Positions 1 through 8,439 of a stretch of 64,000 nucleotides of DNA are shown here, in pieces. The notes under the pieces were generated by a model. The model saw only the letters and a program-made list of their open reading frames with translations. It was not told where the DNA came from and ran no database searches. Position 1 is the stretch's first letter, and every line of letters starts with the position of its first letter. The stretch is from positions 1 to 64,000 of the IMG/VR virus record IMGVR_UViG_3300045988_086533; one strand, written 5' to 3'. The translations under genes and the position numbers were made by a program. This DNA is from a virus.

Positions 1-1
1 A

Positions 2-73
2 TGTGGAGGCAAATTAAACTTTACAGGAGGATGTAATAGCTGTCCTGAATGTGGATACACAAAATGTGATTAA
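2..73 (+). CDS. 3' end of a gene cut by the window edge, with a Cys-rich zinc-ribbon tail (possibly a ribonucleotide reductase C-terminus)
   Basis: Frame 2 reads CGGKLNFTGGCNSCPECGYTKCD-stop. From memory, the Cys pattern resembles the C-terminal tail of class II RNRs. The fragment is too short to be sure. Confidence 0.3.
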   Translation, partial: CGGKLNFTGGCNSCPECGYTKCD

Positions 74-177
74 GGAGGGGATTATATGAATGAACAAATG
101 TTTAAGAGTATAACAAAATTAAGAATGTCAATGTTAATGTTTTATAAATTATATTATAAAATGTGATTAATACAAAT

Positions 178-209
178 AAGGTAGGGTATTAACCTACCTT
201 ATTTTATTT
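178..209 (+). terminator. intrinsic terminator
   Basis: Stem aaggtagg (178-185) / cctacctt (193-200), 7-nt loop, followed by attttattt. Confidence 0.55.
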
Positions 210-229
210 GAAAAAAAATATAAAAATAG

Positions 230-264
230 GTTAGTAAACTTTAAAAGTTTTCTATATTATATAT
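230..264 (+). promoter_or_regulatory. phage promoter motif, copy a
   Basis: gttagtaaa-N14-tatattatatat, followed by gtaag, 40 nt upstream of the 304 CDS. Confidence 0.55.
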
Positions 265-303
265 GTAAGATAAATTAAATAAAAATAAAGGAGTTGGTTT
301 TAA

Positions 304-987
304 ATGGCTAAAATAAATATTAAAGATGCAGGTAAATTTACAAGTATGGGATCAAGTGAATATTTCACATTAAAAGATGATGGAGACATAGCACAGGTAA
401 GAATGTTGTATGATGATCCAGAAGGTGGAGATATGGACTTTTTCCTAGTACATCAAATAGAGATTGAGGTCAACGGTAAGAAAGTAAGAAAATATGTAAG
501 TTGTAATGCAGTAGATGAGGATGGACATATACATAAAGATGATTGCCCACTATGTAAAGCTGGATATAGAACACAAGAAAAACTATTCCTACAATTATAT
601 GATGAGACAGATGGCAAACTTAAAATTTGGGAGAGAGGTAAAAACTTTGTAGGAAAAATAGTTAGTTTCTTAAATAGATATGGTAGCTTGGTAGAAAGAC
701 CGATTGAGATTGAGAGAAAAGGTAAAAAAGGTGATACTAATACAACTTATGAAATGTTCGCTTTAGAAAAAGACAACAAGGGTTTAGAGGATTTCCCTGA
801 AAAAGTTAATATAGAAGGAACTTATATTACAAAAGTTAGTAAAGCGGACATGATAGATATAGTAGACGGTATATATGACTGGGGTAGCAGTAAAGGACAC
901 AGTAGCGAAGAACCTGCACCAACTAGACGTGAGGAAGCACCAAGAAGGGAAAGTAGAAGACGTAGAGTTGTAGATGATGAATTTTAG
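304..987 (+). CDS. ssDNA-binding protein (phage gp32-like, zinc-finger type)
   Basis: RBS aaaggag. Has an H..H..DDCPLC metal-binding-like cluster, an Arg-rich linker and an acidic C-terminal tail VVDDEF typical of SSB tails. First gene of the replication module. Confidence 0.55.
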   Translation: MAKINIKDAGKFTSMGSSEYFTLKDDGDIAQVRMLYDDPEGGDMDFFLVHQIEIEVNGKKVRKYVSCNAVDEDGHIHKDDCPLCKAGYRTQEKLFLQLYDETDGKLKIWERGKNFVGKIVSFLNRYGSLVERPIEIERKGKKGDTNTTYEMFALEKDNKGLEDFPEKVNIEGTYITKVSKADMIDIVDGIYDWGSSKGHSSEEPAPTRREEAPRRESRRRRVVDDEF

Positions 988-1009
988 AATACAAATAAAT
1001 AACAAGTAA

Positions 1010-1039
1010 ATACCAGGTATAAATTACCTGGTATTTTTA
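1010..1039 (+). terminator. intrinsic terminator (probably leaky) between the SSB and polymerase genes
   Basis: 10-bp stem ataccaggta / tacctggtat, loop taaat, T-run. No promoter motif lies before the polymerase RBS. Confidence 0.6.
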
Positions 1040-1052
1040 TAGGAGGGATATA

Positions 1053-2498
1053 ATGAGCTTATTTAAAGATACATTCAGTCGTTGTAATAACAATAAAGAG
1101 ACTAATAAAAAAGCCTTGGAAGTGTTGAATAAAAAGAAAAATAAAAGAGCACCAGTAACAACAGTAGTGCCAAAAACAATGAAAGATAAAGTGGAGTATG
1201 CTAAGATGATGTCCACTAAAATATTTAGCGATAGATTAGATAGAATGGAACTAGTAACCTCAGAAGAACGTATTGATCAATATCTGGATAAAGTATTAGA
1301 TAATGGTATATTGGCAGTAGATACCGAAACAAACGGACTTGATAGAATAGATGGAAAAATAGCTGGTATATGTCTATATACACCGGGAGAAAAAGGAATA
1401 TATATTCCAGTAGGACACGTAAGTTATATGACTAATATGGAATTAAAGAATAATGTAAGTAAAGAATTTATGCGTAACTTCTTTGAAGTATGTAATAGGG
1501 AAAATATTAAGTATGTCCTACAAAATAGTAAATATGATATGCATATATTATATTGGATGATAGGAGTTAAAATAGTGCCATACTGGGATACATTAATTGG
1601 AGGATACTTACTCAATGAAAATGAGCCCCACGGATTAAAAGTATTATGGCAAAAGTACTGTACAGGTGAAAGCGCTGAAGTTGGGAAATTCGGTGAGTTA
1701 TTTAATGGAATTGAGTTCAATAAGATCCCACCAGATGTTGGATATATGTATGCAGCCTTTGACCCTATAATGACATACGAGTTATACGAATTTCAGTATA
1801 AGTATTTAGACAGAGATGGAGATTGTTGCTATAAAAAGGGACTTGAAAGGGTGGCGGATGTATTTAGAAATATAGAAATGCCGCTAATAGAAGTAGTATT
1901 CGATATGGAGGCACAAGGAGTAGACATAGATACCAATTTAGCACAACAATTAAAACAACGATATACTACGTATATGGATAATGCCCTTAATGAATTTAAT
2001 ACACAGGTGGCACAACTTGATGAACAAGGTGCATTCAATGACTTAAGAGTAAAACACCCGGATAAATATGGTAAAATAAGTGAGTTAGGGGAAGTAAACA
2101 TTAACATAGGAAGTAATCAACAACTAGTAATACTATTCTATGATGTCTTAAAATTAGACCCACCAAAGGGACAACGAAGTGTTGGTGAAGAACAACTAAA
2201 ACAATTAAACCATCCATTAGTGAGTTGTATATTAGAATATAGAGGTATGAGTAAACTGTTAAGTACCTATATTGATGCTATCCCTGATCATATAAGCAAA
2301 AGAACTGGTAAGTTACACGCGCACTTCAACCAGTATGGCGCTAAGACAGGTAGATTTAGTAGTAGTAATCCAAATTTGCAGAATATACCCAGCAAAACTA
2401 AGAAATTAAGTGATGGAACTGTAATAGATGCAGGACATGATATAAGACAAATGTTTATAGCTGGTGAAGGTAATGTAATAATTGGTGGAGACTTCAGT
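1053..2498 (+). CDS. polA: family A DNA polymerase, exon 1 (3'-5' exonuclease domain plus N-terminal part of the polymerase domain)
   Basis: Exo I motif AVDTETNGL. The stretch KTGRFSSSNPNLQNIP is typical of Pol I. The ORF ends inside motif A (GGDFS) at a stop that lies in the intron. Confidence 0.9.
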
Positions 2499-3256
2499 TA
2501 ACCTAAAAGACTGGCTGAAGTAAAACTCGGTTAATTCGGTGAAACCTAAACCATAAATGGCATGGTAATACCGAGCTAGGTACATATCTATTAATGGAGG
2601 TGATTATATGAAACCACTAATAATAGATAATATAGAGAATCCATTTTATTTCATCACTGAAAATGGTGATGTGTATAACAAAGAAGGTAAATTACTTACT
2701 AAACATATTACTGATGGGTATTATAGAGTTAAACTGTCTAGAGGATGTAAAAGAGGGATGTATAGGGTAAATAGATTAGTGGCTATGACATTTATTCCAA
2801 ATCCCAATAATTACCCTATAGTACATCATATAGATGCCGATAGATTAAATAATGACGTAAGTAATTTAGAATGGGTAGACAACTCCATGAATCAAATAGA
2901 ACGATTTAAAGTATATCCAGGAACTAAACGCAAACCGGTGTTGCAGTTAGATTTGGAAGGTAATATAATACATAAATTTGAAAGTCCTATACAGGCGGAA
3001 GAGGAGACCGGGATTGCTAGACAGAATATAAGCAAAGTATGTAGAGGCAAAAGAAAAACCGCAGGTGGTTATAAATGGAGATATGTACCAAGTGTAGAGA
3101 CTATCGAACAGAACCTATAATATAGGTTAACCTAGTAGAGTAGAAGTCAAGCGACTTCGAAACGCCGAGCAGTTTATCGGATAATTACCGATACTGAAGA
3201 GCTAGTCCGACACTCCAGGAAACTGGAGGAGGTGTAGCGAACCTCGTAACAGAATG
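2499..3256 (+). mobile_element. group I intron interrupting polymerase motif A, carrying a homing endonuclease ORF
   Basis: The exon end acttcagt (2491-2498) pairs with gctgaagt (2514-2521), giving a terminal U-G wobble at the 5' splice site (P1). The intron ends in G (3256). It contains a GAAA-tetraloop hairpin ctccag-gaaa-ctggag (3213-3228). Joining the exons restores DFS|QQEPR, compare DYSQIELR. Confidence 0.85.
2608..3120 (+). CDS. HNH homing endonuclease (I-HmuI-like), intron-encoded
   Basis: HNH motif VHHIDADRLNNDVSNLEWV. C-terminal intron-encoded-nuclease repeat ETGIARQNISKVCRGKRKTAGGYKWRY. Own RBS ggagg. Confidence 0.85.
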   Translation: MKPLIIDNIENPFYFITENGDVYNKEGKLLTKHITDGYYRVKLSRGCKRGMYRVNRLVAMTFIPNPNNYPIVHHIDADRLNNDVSNLEWVDNSMNQIERFKVYPGTKRKPVLQLDLEGNIIHKFESPIQAEEETGIARQNISKVCRGKRKTAGGYKWRYVPSVETIEQNL

Positions 3257-4168
3257 CAGCAAGAACCAAGATGTTTAGCCCACATGAGTGGTGATAAACA
3301 TATGATACAAGCATATTTAGACGGTAAAGACTTATATAGTACCATAGCAAGTAAACTATATAATATGCCATATGAGGAATGTAAAGAGTTTAGACCGGAT
3401 GGAACAGTTAATCCAGAAGGAAAAAATAGAAGAAGTAGTGTTAAACCTATATTATTAGGGATAATGTATGGTAGAGGCGTAACAAGTATAGCTGAGCAAA
3501 TGAATATTAGTAAAGAGGAGGCACAACAAGTTATTAATGACTTTTATGATCAGTTCCCAAATGTAAAAGGTTTTGTAGACTTTGCACAAGAAAACGCTAG
3601 AACTTACGGTTTTGTAGAGACTGCATGGGGTAGAAAAAGAAGACTACCTAATATGCAGTTAGACCCAATTGAAATAACAGTGGAGAACCCTAACTTAGTT
3701 GATACATTTAATCCATTAGATTTTACCGGTGGATCCACTACAGAGGTGAGCGATGAAGTTTATTTTAAATATCTTAAATTAATGAGAAAAGCGTTTGGTA
3801 AGGATGCAAAAGAAAAAATAAAACAAATGGCCAAGGATGAAGGATATAAATTAGTAGACAATGGAGGTTATATAGCTGATGCTCAAAGACAATGTGTTAA
3901 TAGTATTATTCAAGGAAGCGCAGCGGATATAACGAAGATAGCCATGATACGAATCCATGACAATAAACGATTGCAAGAATTGGGCTACAATCTTATAGCT
4001 TGTATTCATGATGAGGTATTAGGGGTTTGCCCAAAAGAGAACGCCAAAGAAGTTAGAGACATATTAGAACATATAATGGTACACGTAGTAGATGGTATAT
4101 TTGAAATACCAATGAAGACCGACATTGAAGTAACATACAGATGGTATGGAGAAGGAATAGAAATTTAA
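3257..4168 (+). CDS. polA: family A DNA polymerase, exon 2
   Basis: Begins QQEPRCLAHMSGD (the rest of motif A). Motif B-like RRSSVKPILLGIMYG, and motif C IHDEV. Confidence 0.9.
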   Translation, partial: QQEPRCLAHMSGDKHMIQAYLDGKDLYSTIASKLYNMPYEECKEFRPDGTVNPEGKNRRSSVKPILLGIMYGRGVTSIAEQMNISKEEAQQVINDFYDQFPNVKGFVDFAQENARTYGFVETAWGRKRRLPNMQLDPIEITVENPNLVDTFNPLDFTGGSTTEVSDEVYFKYLKLMRKAFGKDAKEKIKQMAKDEGYKLVDNGGYIADAQRQCVNSIIQGSAADITKIAMIRIHDNKRLQELGYNLIACIHDEVLGVCPKENAKEVRDILEHIMVHVVDGIFEIPMKTDIEVTYRWYGEGIEI

Positions 4169-4180
4169 AAATATTGAAAG

Positions 4181-4206
4181 CCCGGTTAGTAAATACCGGG
4201 TTTTTT
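4181..4206 (+). terminator. intrinsic terminator
   Basis: Stem cccggt / accggg, loop tagtaaat, T6. Confidence 0.6.
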
Positions 4207-4219
4207 ATATACTATATAT
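4185..4219 (+). promoter_or_regulatory. phage promoter motif, copy b (the -35 box lies in the terminator loop)
   Basis: gttagtaaa-N14-tatactatatat followed by gtac. Confidence 0.6.
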
Positions 4220-4252
4220 GTACATAGAAGTGAATATAATGGAGGGATGTAT

Positions 4253-5065
4253 ATGAGTTATAAATTATACAACGGGGATTGTCTGGAAATTATGGACAAA
4301 TTAATTGTAGCTGGAGTAAAGGTAGATGCCATAATAACCGACCCGCCATATGGGACACTAACTAAAATTTGTGAATGGGATAAGATAATTCCTTTCGATG
4401 AAATGTGGGGACGATTATATAAATTAAAAAAGAAAAATACTCCTATTATTTTATTTGGAAAACAACCATTTACAAGTGCATTAAATATGAGCAATTTAAA
4501 AGATTTTAAGTATGAAATAATATGGCAGAAAGATAAAGGTACTGATTTTGCAAATGGGAATAAAAAACCACTTAATATTCATGAAAATATAAGTGTTTTT
4601 TATGAAAAACCACCTACTTATAATAGGATATGTGATGAAGGAACTCCTTATATAAGAAAAAATAATAGAACTAATGGAAAGGATGATATAAATTTTACTA
4701 GTGATAATAGTGGCACTTGGATAAATGATGGAAAAAGAACTCCTACAACTGTTAGGAAAGTAAATAGAGTTAGTGCTGGTGGTAAGCAACCTTTGCACCC
4801 TACACAAAAACCTACAGAACTAATGGAGTGGTTAATAAAATCTTATACCAATGAGGGAGATTTAGTACTGGATTTTACAATGGGTAGTGGCTCAACCGGT
4901 GTTGCGTGTTTAAACACCGATAGAGATTTTATTGGGATTGAAAAAGATGAAAAATATTTCAACATGGCTAAAAACAGAATGGGCAATAACAAACTGGGTG
5001 CCATGGATGATGAAAAAGAAATCGTAGAAGCTGAGACATCTAAAAAACAGAGAAAATTATTTTAA
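4253..5065 (+). CDS. DNA methyltransferase (beta-class N6A/N4C, PF01555-like), paralogue 1
   Basis: Motif IV IITDPPYG lies near the N-terminus and motif I FTMGSGSTGVAC near the C-terminus. The protein ends in KKQRKLF. Start moved to the ATG 6 nt after ggaggg. Confidence 0.85.
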   Translation: MSYKLYNGDCLEIMDKLIVAGVKVDAIITDPPYGTLTKICEWDKIIPFDEMWGRLYKLKKKNTPIILFGKQPFTSALNMSNLKDFKYEIIWQKDKGTDFANGNKKPLNIHENISVFYEKPPTYNRICDEGTPYIRKNNRTNGKDDINFTSDNSGTWINDGKRTPTTVRKVNRVSAGGKQPLHPTQKPTELMEWLIKSYTNEGDLVLDFTMGSGSTGVACLNTDRDFIGIEKDEKYFNMAKNRMGNNKLGAMDDEKEIVEAETSKKQRKLF

Positions 5066-5081
5066 AAGGAGTTGTTTTATA

Positions 5082-6140
5082 ATGAAATTAAATACAAGTA
5101 TATTAAAAAATATGTTAAGTGCAGCGAGTAGATGTAAGCCTAGTAACTTATTAGAAATAACTAATTATTATGAATTAGATTTTAGCGTTGAGGGTATATC
5201 TCTTAGAGCTACAGATGGAGTTAACTTCATAACAGTTAATCATCCAACAAAATGTGATGAAGATATGTCAGTTATAGTAAAAGCTGATCAATTTAGTAAG
5301 TTGATAAATAAAACTACTAAAGATACAGTAGGACTTAAATTAATGGACAATTATTTAGAGGTAAAAGGTAATGGTACATATAAAGTAGAAATAGTTAGTG
5401 ATGAAGTTTACCCAACTTTGGATATAGATGCTGATAAAGAGTTTATGATAACATATACAACTTTGAGTAATGCAATAGTTGATGGTGCAAAAGCCAAAAG
5501 TACATCATCTAATGATGGTGTATTATATAGTTACTTACTACGAGATAATCAACTTATTACTGCAGATGCTATAAAAGTGTATAGTACAGAGTTGGACGGT
5601 GAGTATCTGGATGACATGGAATTATTAATACCTCCAACTTTAGCCAATTTATTACAATCTATAGATACAGAGAAGGTAATATTTACGGTAAATAAGGATT
5701 GTACATTATTAAGAGCAATAGGACAGAATGTAATTATTACAGGAGCATTACAAGAAGGGGCAGCTGAGTATCCAAATGTAGTTCCATTATTAGCTGGTAA
5801 ATATCCATATACTTGTGAGGTGGATGTTAAGGAAGTTTTACGAGCACTAGATAGATTGAACTTATTTGTGAGTCCATATGATAGAGGTATTATAGACTTA
5901 GTATTTACCAACACAAATATGACCATATCAACCGCTAGCAAGTCCCTAGAGGCGATTGAGTATACTAAAGGGATAGATTTACCTGACCCATTTATAATAA
6001 GTGTAGATGGGGGTTATTTAAAGGACTTATTTAGTGCAGTAGATGAACCTAATGTAAAAATACAATTCGGTACAGAAGAAACTATTAAGCTATGTACTAA
6101 GGATAGTATAATGATGTTGGCAACTGCCGACGAAGAATAG
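5082..6140 (+). CDS. dnaN: DNA polymerase III beta-like sliding clamp
   Basis: 352 aa. The N-terminal pattern (ISLRATDGVNFI ... EVYPTLD) matches the DnaN layout, and the length fits three domains. Confidence 0.7.
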   Translation: MKLNTSILKNMLSAASRCKPSNLLEITNYYELDFSVEGISLRATDGVNFITVNHPTKCDEDMSVIVKADQFSKLINKTTKDTVGLKLMDNYLEVKGNGTYKVEIVSDEVYPTLDIDADKEFMITYTTLSNAIVDGAKAKSTSSNDGVLYSYLLRDNQLITADAIKVYSTELDGEYLDDMELLIPPTLANLLQSIDTEKVIFTVNKDCTLLRAIGQNVIITGALQEGAAEYPNVVPLLAGKYPYTCEVDVKEVLRALDRLNLFVSPYDRGIIDLVFTNTNMTISTASKSLEAIEYTKGIDLPDPFIISVDGGYLKDLFSAVDEPNVKIQFGTEETIKLCTKDSIMMLATADEE

Positions 6141-6151
6141 GAGGTTCTTAT

Positions 6152-6931
6152 ATGAAGTTAAATAAAATAGCCAAAATGGTTAGAGCTGAAAAGAGTAATG
6201 AGATAGCTCAACAATTTGTAAATGACTTAATATATACAATAGAGAAGGAGAATGAGAGTGATTATATCCCAACTAGGTCTTATAAACCTAGTGGGATAGC
6301 TGGATGTAAAAGAAGTTTGTATTACCAAATGATAGGAGCTCAACCAGATGAACAAAGTAGTGGCGTAAATTTAGTTGGCATCTGTGAGAGTGGGACTGAT
6401 AGACATGAGACAATACAAGATTATATACAACAAATGGCAAAATACACCGGGCACTGTAAATGGATAAATGTTGGTGATTATTTACACAGTAAGGGAGTTA
6501 CTGATCCACAAGTGGTATCACAGGAAGGTAATGAAACTAAGTTATTTAGTAAGAAATATAATATGCGTTTTATGTGTGATGGATTAGTACAATATAAAGG
6601 TGAGTACTATATAATAGAAATTAAAACTGAAAGTACCCACAAATACAACTCCCACGAGGAGCCACACCAAGGACACAAATTACAAGCAGCTTGTTACTCA
6701 ATGTGTATAGGAGTTCCAAAAGTAATATTTATTTATGAAAATAGAGACAATTGCAGCAAAAAAGGTTATTTATTTGAAGTGCCACAAGAAATGATTGAGA
6801 GTATAGAAGACACTATCCAATATGTAAATGACTGTGTTAAATTTGACGTGTTGCCACCAAAGGAACCTAAATGTAACTATTGTATATATAAAAATACTTG
6901 TGCTAGGGAGGATACAAATGAACTATGGTAA
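6152..6931 (+). CDS. PD-(D/E)XK exonuclease with a Cas4/AddB-type Fe-S cluster
   Basis: Motifs CDG...EIK (D...ExK) and QLQAACY (QxxxY). One N-terminal Cys plus C-terminal CNYCIYKNTC (CX2CX5C). Confidence 0.75.
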   Translation: MKLNKIAKMVRAEKSNEIAQQFVNDLIYTIEKENESDYIPTRSYKPSGIAGCKRSLYYQMIGAQPDEQSSGVNLVGICESGTDRHETIQDYIQQMAKYTGHCKWINVGDYLHSKGVTDPQVVSQEGNETKLFSKKYNMRFMCDGLVQYKGEYYIIEIKTESTHKYNSHEEPHQGHKLQAACYSMCIGVPKVIFIYENRDNCSKKGYLFEVPQEMIESIEDTIQYVNDCVKFDVLPPKEPKCNYCIYKNTCAREDTNELW

Positions 6932-7403
6932 GAAGTTTGAAAATAATTTTAAAAAGGGTGTTGGTAAAGAATTAGTTAGATTATACGACACCACTAATGG
7001 ATATGCAGGGGTAAAAAACCCCTGTGATTTTATCTACTACAAATATCCATATCAGTATTTATTTGAGCTAAAAAGTGTAAAGGGCAGTAGGTTTGATTTT
7101 AGTAATATAACAGATAACCAAAAGGAACAGTTGGACTTCTATAGTCATGTACAAGGTTGTAATCCAATGGTAGTAGTAGAGTTCAGAGAGCATAAACAAG
7201 TATATATGATACCATGGAGTACCATAAAAAGAACAATGAAAAATAATAGACAAAGTTTAACTGTAGATGATTGTGAGATTATAGTAGCTATTTCCAAATT
7301 ACCAGTTACGTACCAAAGGATTAATTTTACTTTGAATAAAGAAACCTTTGACAGTAGGTTATTCTTAATGGCTCAATTAAAGGAGTGTTGTAGTGATGAG
7401 TAA
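6918..7403 (+). CDS. recU: RecU-like Holliday junction resolvase
   Basis: Starts at ATG 6918, after RBS agggagga. Motifs GKKFE, PCDFIYY, FELKS (ExK) and FSNITDNQKEQL fit the RecU pattern. Confidence 0.6.
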   Translation: MNYGKKFENNFKKGVGKELVRLYDTTNGYAGVKNPCDFIYYKYPYQYLFELKSVKGSRFDFSNITDNQKEQLDFYSHVQGCNPMVVVEFREHKQVYMIPWSTIKRTMKNNRQSLTVDDCEIIVAISKLPVTYQRINFTLNKETFDSRLFLMAQLKECCSDE

Positions 7404-7905
7404 ATTGGATATTATAAAAGAGTTTAATAAACAATGTGATGATATAGTTAATACTGCATTAACTATTAGTGAAAAATATACAGGTACCTTGGACGACTGT
7501 ATATACGATGTTAAGGAATTACTACAAAATACCTCTACACTAAGTAATGACGACTTAGAAAAGTATATAGCCTTATTACCTGTTTTAATGTATGAATTAA
7601 TAGACAAAATGCAAGTATTAGGTGTTAGGGTGGATGCAGCTAAAACACAAAAGAAAACACGTTTTAACACTGCCTATATGCACAGTGACGAAAGTACTGT
7701 TGCAGCAAAAACAAGTGATGCTCAATTAATGGTAGAGGAAGAACAATTTATAGAGGACATCTATATTAGAGTCTACAAACAATGTGAGAAGAAATTAGAC
7801 ATTGCTGACATGCTGCACAGTAGTTTGAAAAAATTAATGAACTTAAGACTTAATGAATTTAATGTTACTAGAAATAATATGATAGCTAATGGGAGGGATT
7901 TTTAA
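7396..7905 (+). CDS. hypothetical protein
   Basis: ORF with RBS aaggag. GTG 7393 is an alternative start. Confidence 0.5.
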   Translation: MSKLDIIKEFNKQCDDIVNTALTISEKYTGTLDDCIYDVKELLQNTSTLSNDDLEKYIALLPVLMYELIDKMQVLGVRVDAAKTQKKTRFNTAYMHSDESTVAAKTSDAQLMVEEEQFIEDIYIRVYKQCEKKLDIADMLHSSLKKLMNLRLNEFNVTRNNMIANGRDF

Positions 7906-8363
7906 TGGCAAATAAAAAAGTAAAAGTAAGAGTATTTGAAGGTGGGCAAGCTCCACAAAGTAATAATGGTAACTGGTATGATTGTTATGTACGTACTGCA
8001 AATGTAAATGGGGTAGAACCTACTAGTAATATAGTAAGGTTCGCCCCAGGAGATATAGTAGTAGTTCATCTAGGATTTTCTATGGACATGGGAAAGGGCT
8101 ACGAGGGGTATATATTACCTCGTAGTAGTACATTTAAACATACTGGATTATTATTAACAAATAGTATGGGATTAGTTGATGATACGTACTGTGGAGATAA
8201 TGATGAATGGTTAGCAATGTTTTACAGTACTAGATATGGAGCCTTTAAGAAAGGCGATAGATTAGTACAAATAAGTGTTAAAAAGAGTACTCCTTTAGAT
8301 ATAGATGAAGTTGATATATTAGGCAACGAAGATCGTGGCGGATATGGTACATCTGGGAAATAA
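7905..8363 (+). CDS. dut: dUTPase (trimeric type)
   Basis: LPRSS, GLVDDTYCG and a C-terminal DRGGYGTSG motif. Confidence 0.85.
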   Translation: MANKKVKVRVFEGGQAPQSNNGNWYDCYVRTANVNGVEPTSNIVRFAPGDIVVVHLGFSMDMGKGYEGYILPRSSTFKHTGLLLTNSMGLVDDTYCGDNDEWLAMFYSTRYGAFKKGDRLVQISVKKSTPLDIDEVDILGNEDRGGYGTSGK

Positions 8364-8369
8364 AACAGA

Positions 8370-8398
8370 GTGGGTGGTTAGTAAATCACCCACTTTTT
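8370..8398 (+). terminator. intrinsic terminator
   Basis: Stem gtgggtg / cacccac, loop gttagtaaat, T5. Confidence 0.6.
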
Positions 8399-8411
8399 CT
8401 ATACTATATAT
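8377..8411 (+). promoter_or_regulatory. phage promoter motif, copy c (the -35 box lies in the terminator loop)
   Basis: gttagtaaa-N14-tatactatatat. Confidence 0.6.
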
Positions 8412-8439
8412 AGAATACAAATAAAGGAGTGATTACATA

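Noticed and set aside
86-166. 26-codon ORF after aaggagggg (MNEQMFKSITKLRMSMLMFYKLYYKM)
   Set aside because: It has a good RBS, but it is very short with unusual composition. I cannot tell from sequence alone whether it is a real micro-protein or chance.
574-588. Internal QEKLF in the SSB-like protein, matching QxxLF
   Set aside because: It is internal, probably within the folded core, and an occasional chance match to this loose pentapeptide is expected across this many residues. It was not counted as a clamp-binding motif.
6828-6917. Upstream extension of the RecU-like ORF
   Set aside because: It lies inside the Cas4-like gene in another frame. The ATG at 6918 has an agggagga RBS and begins the conserved GKKFE N-terminus.
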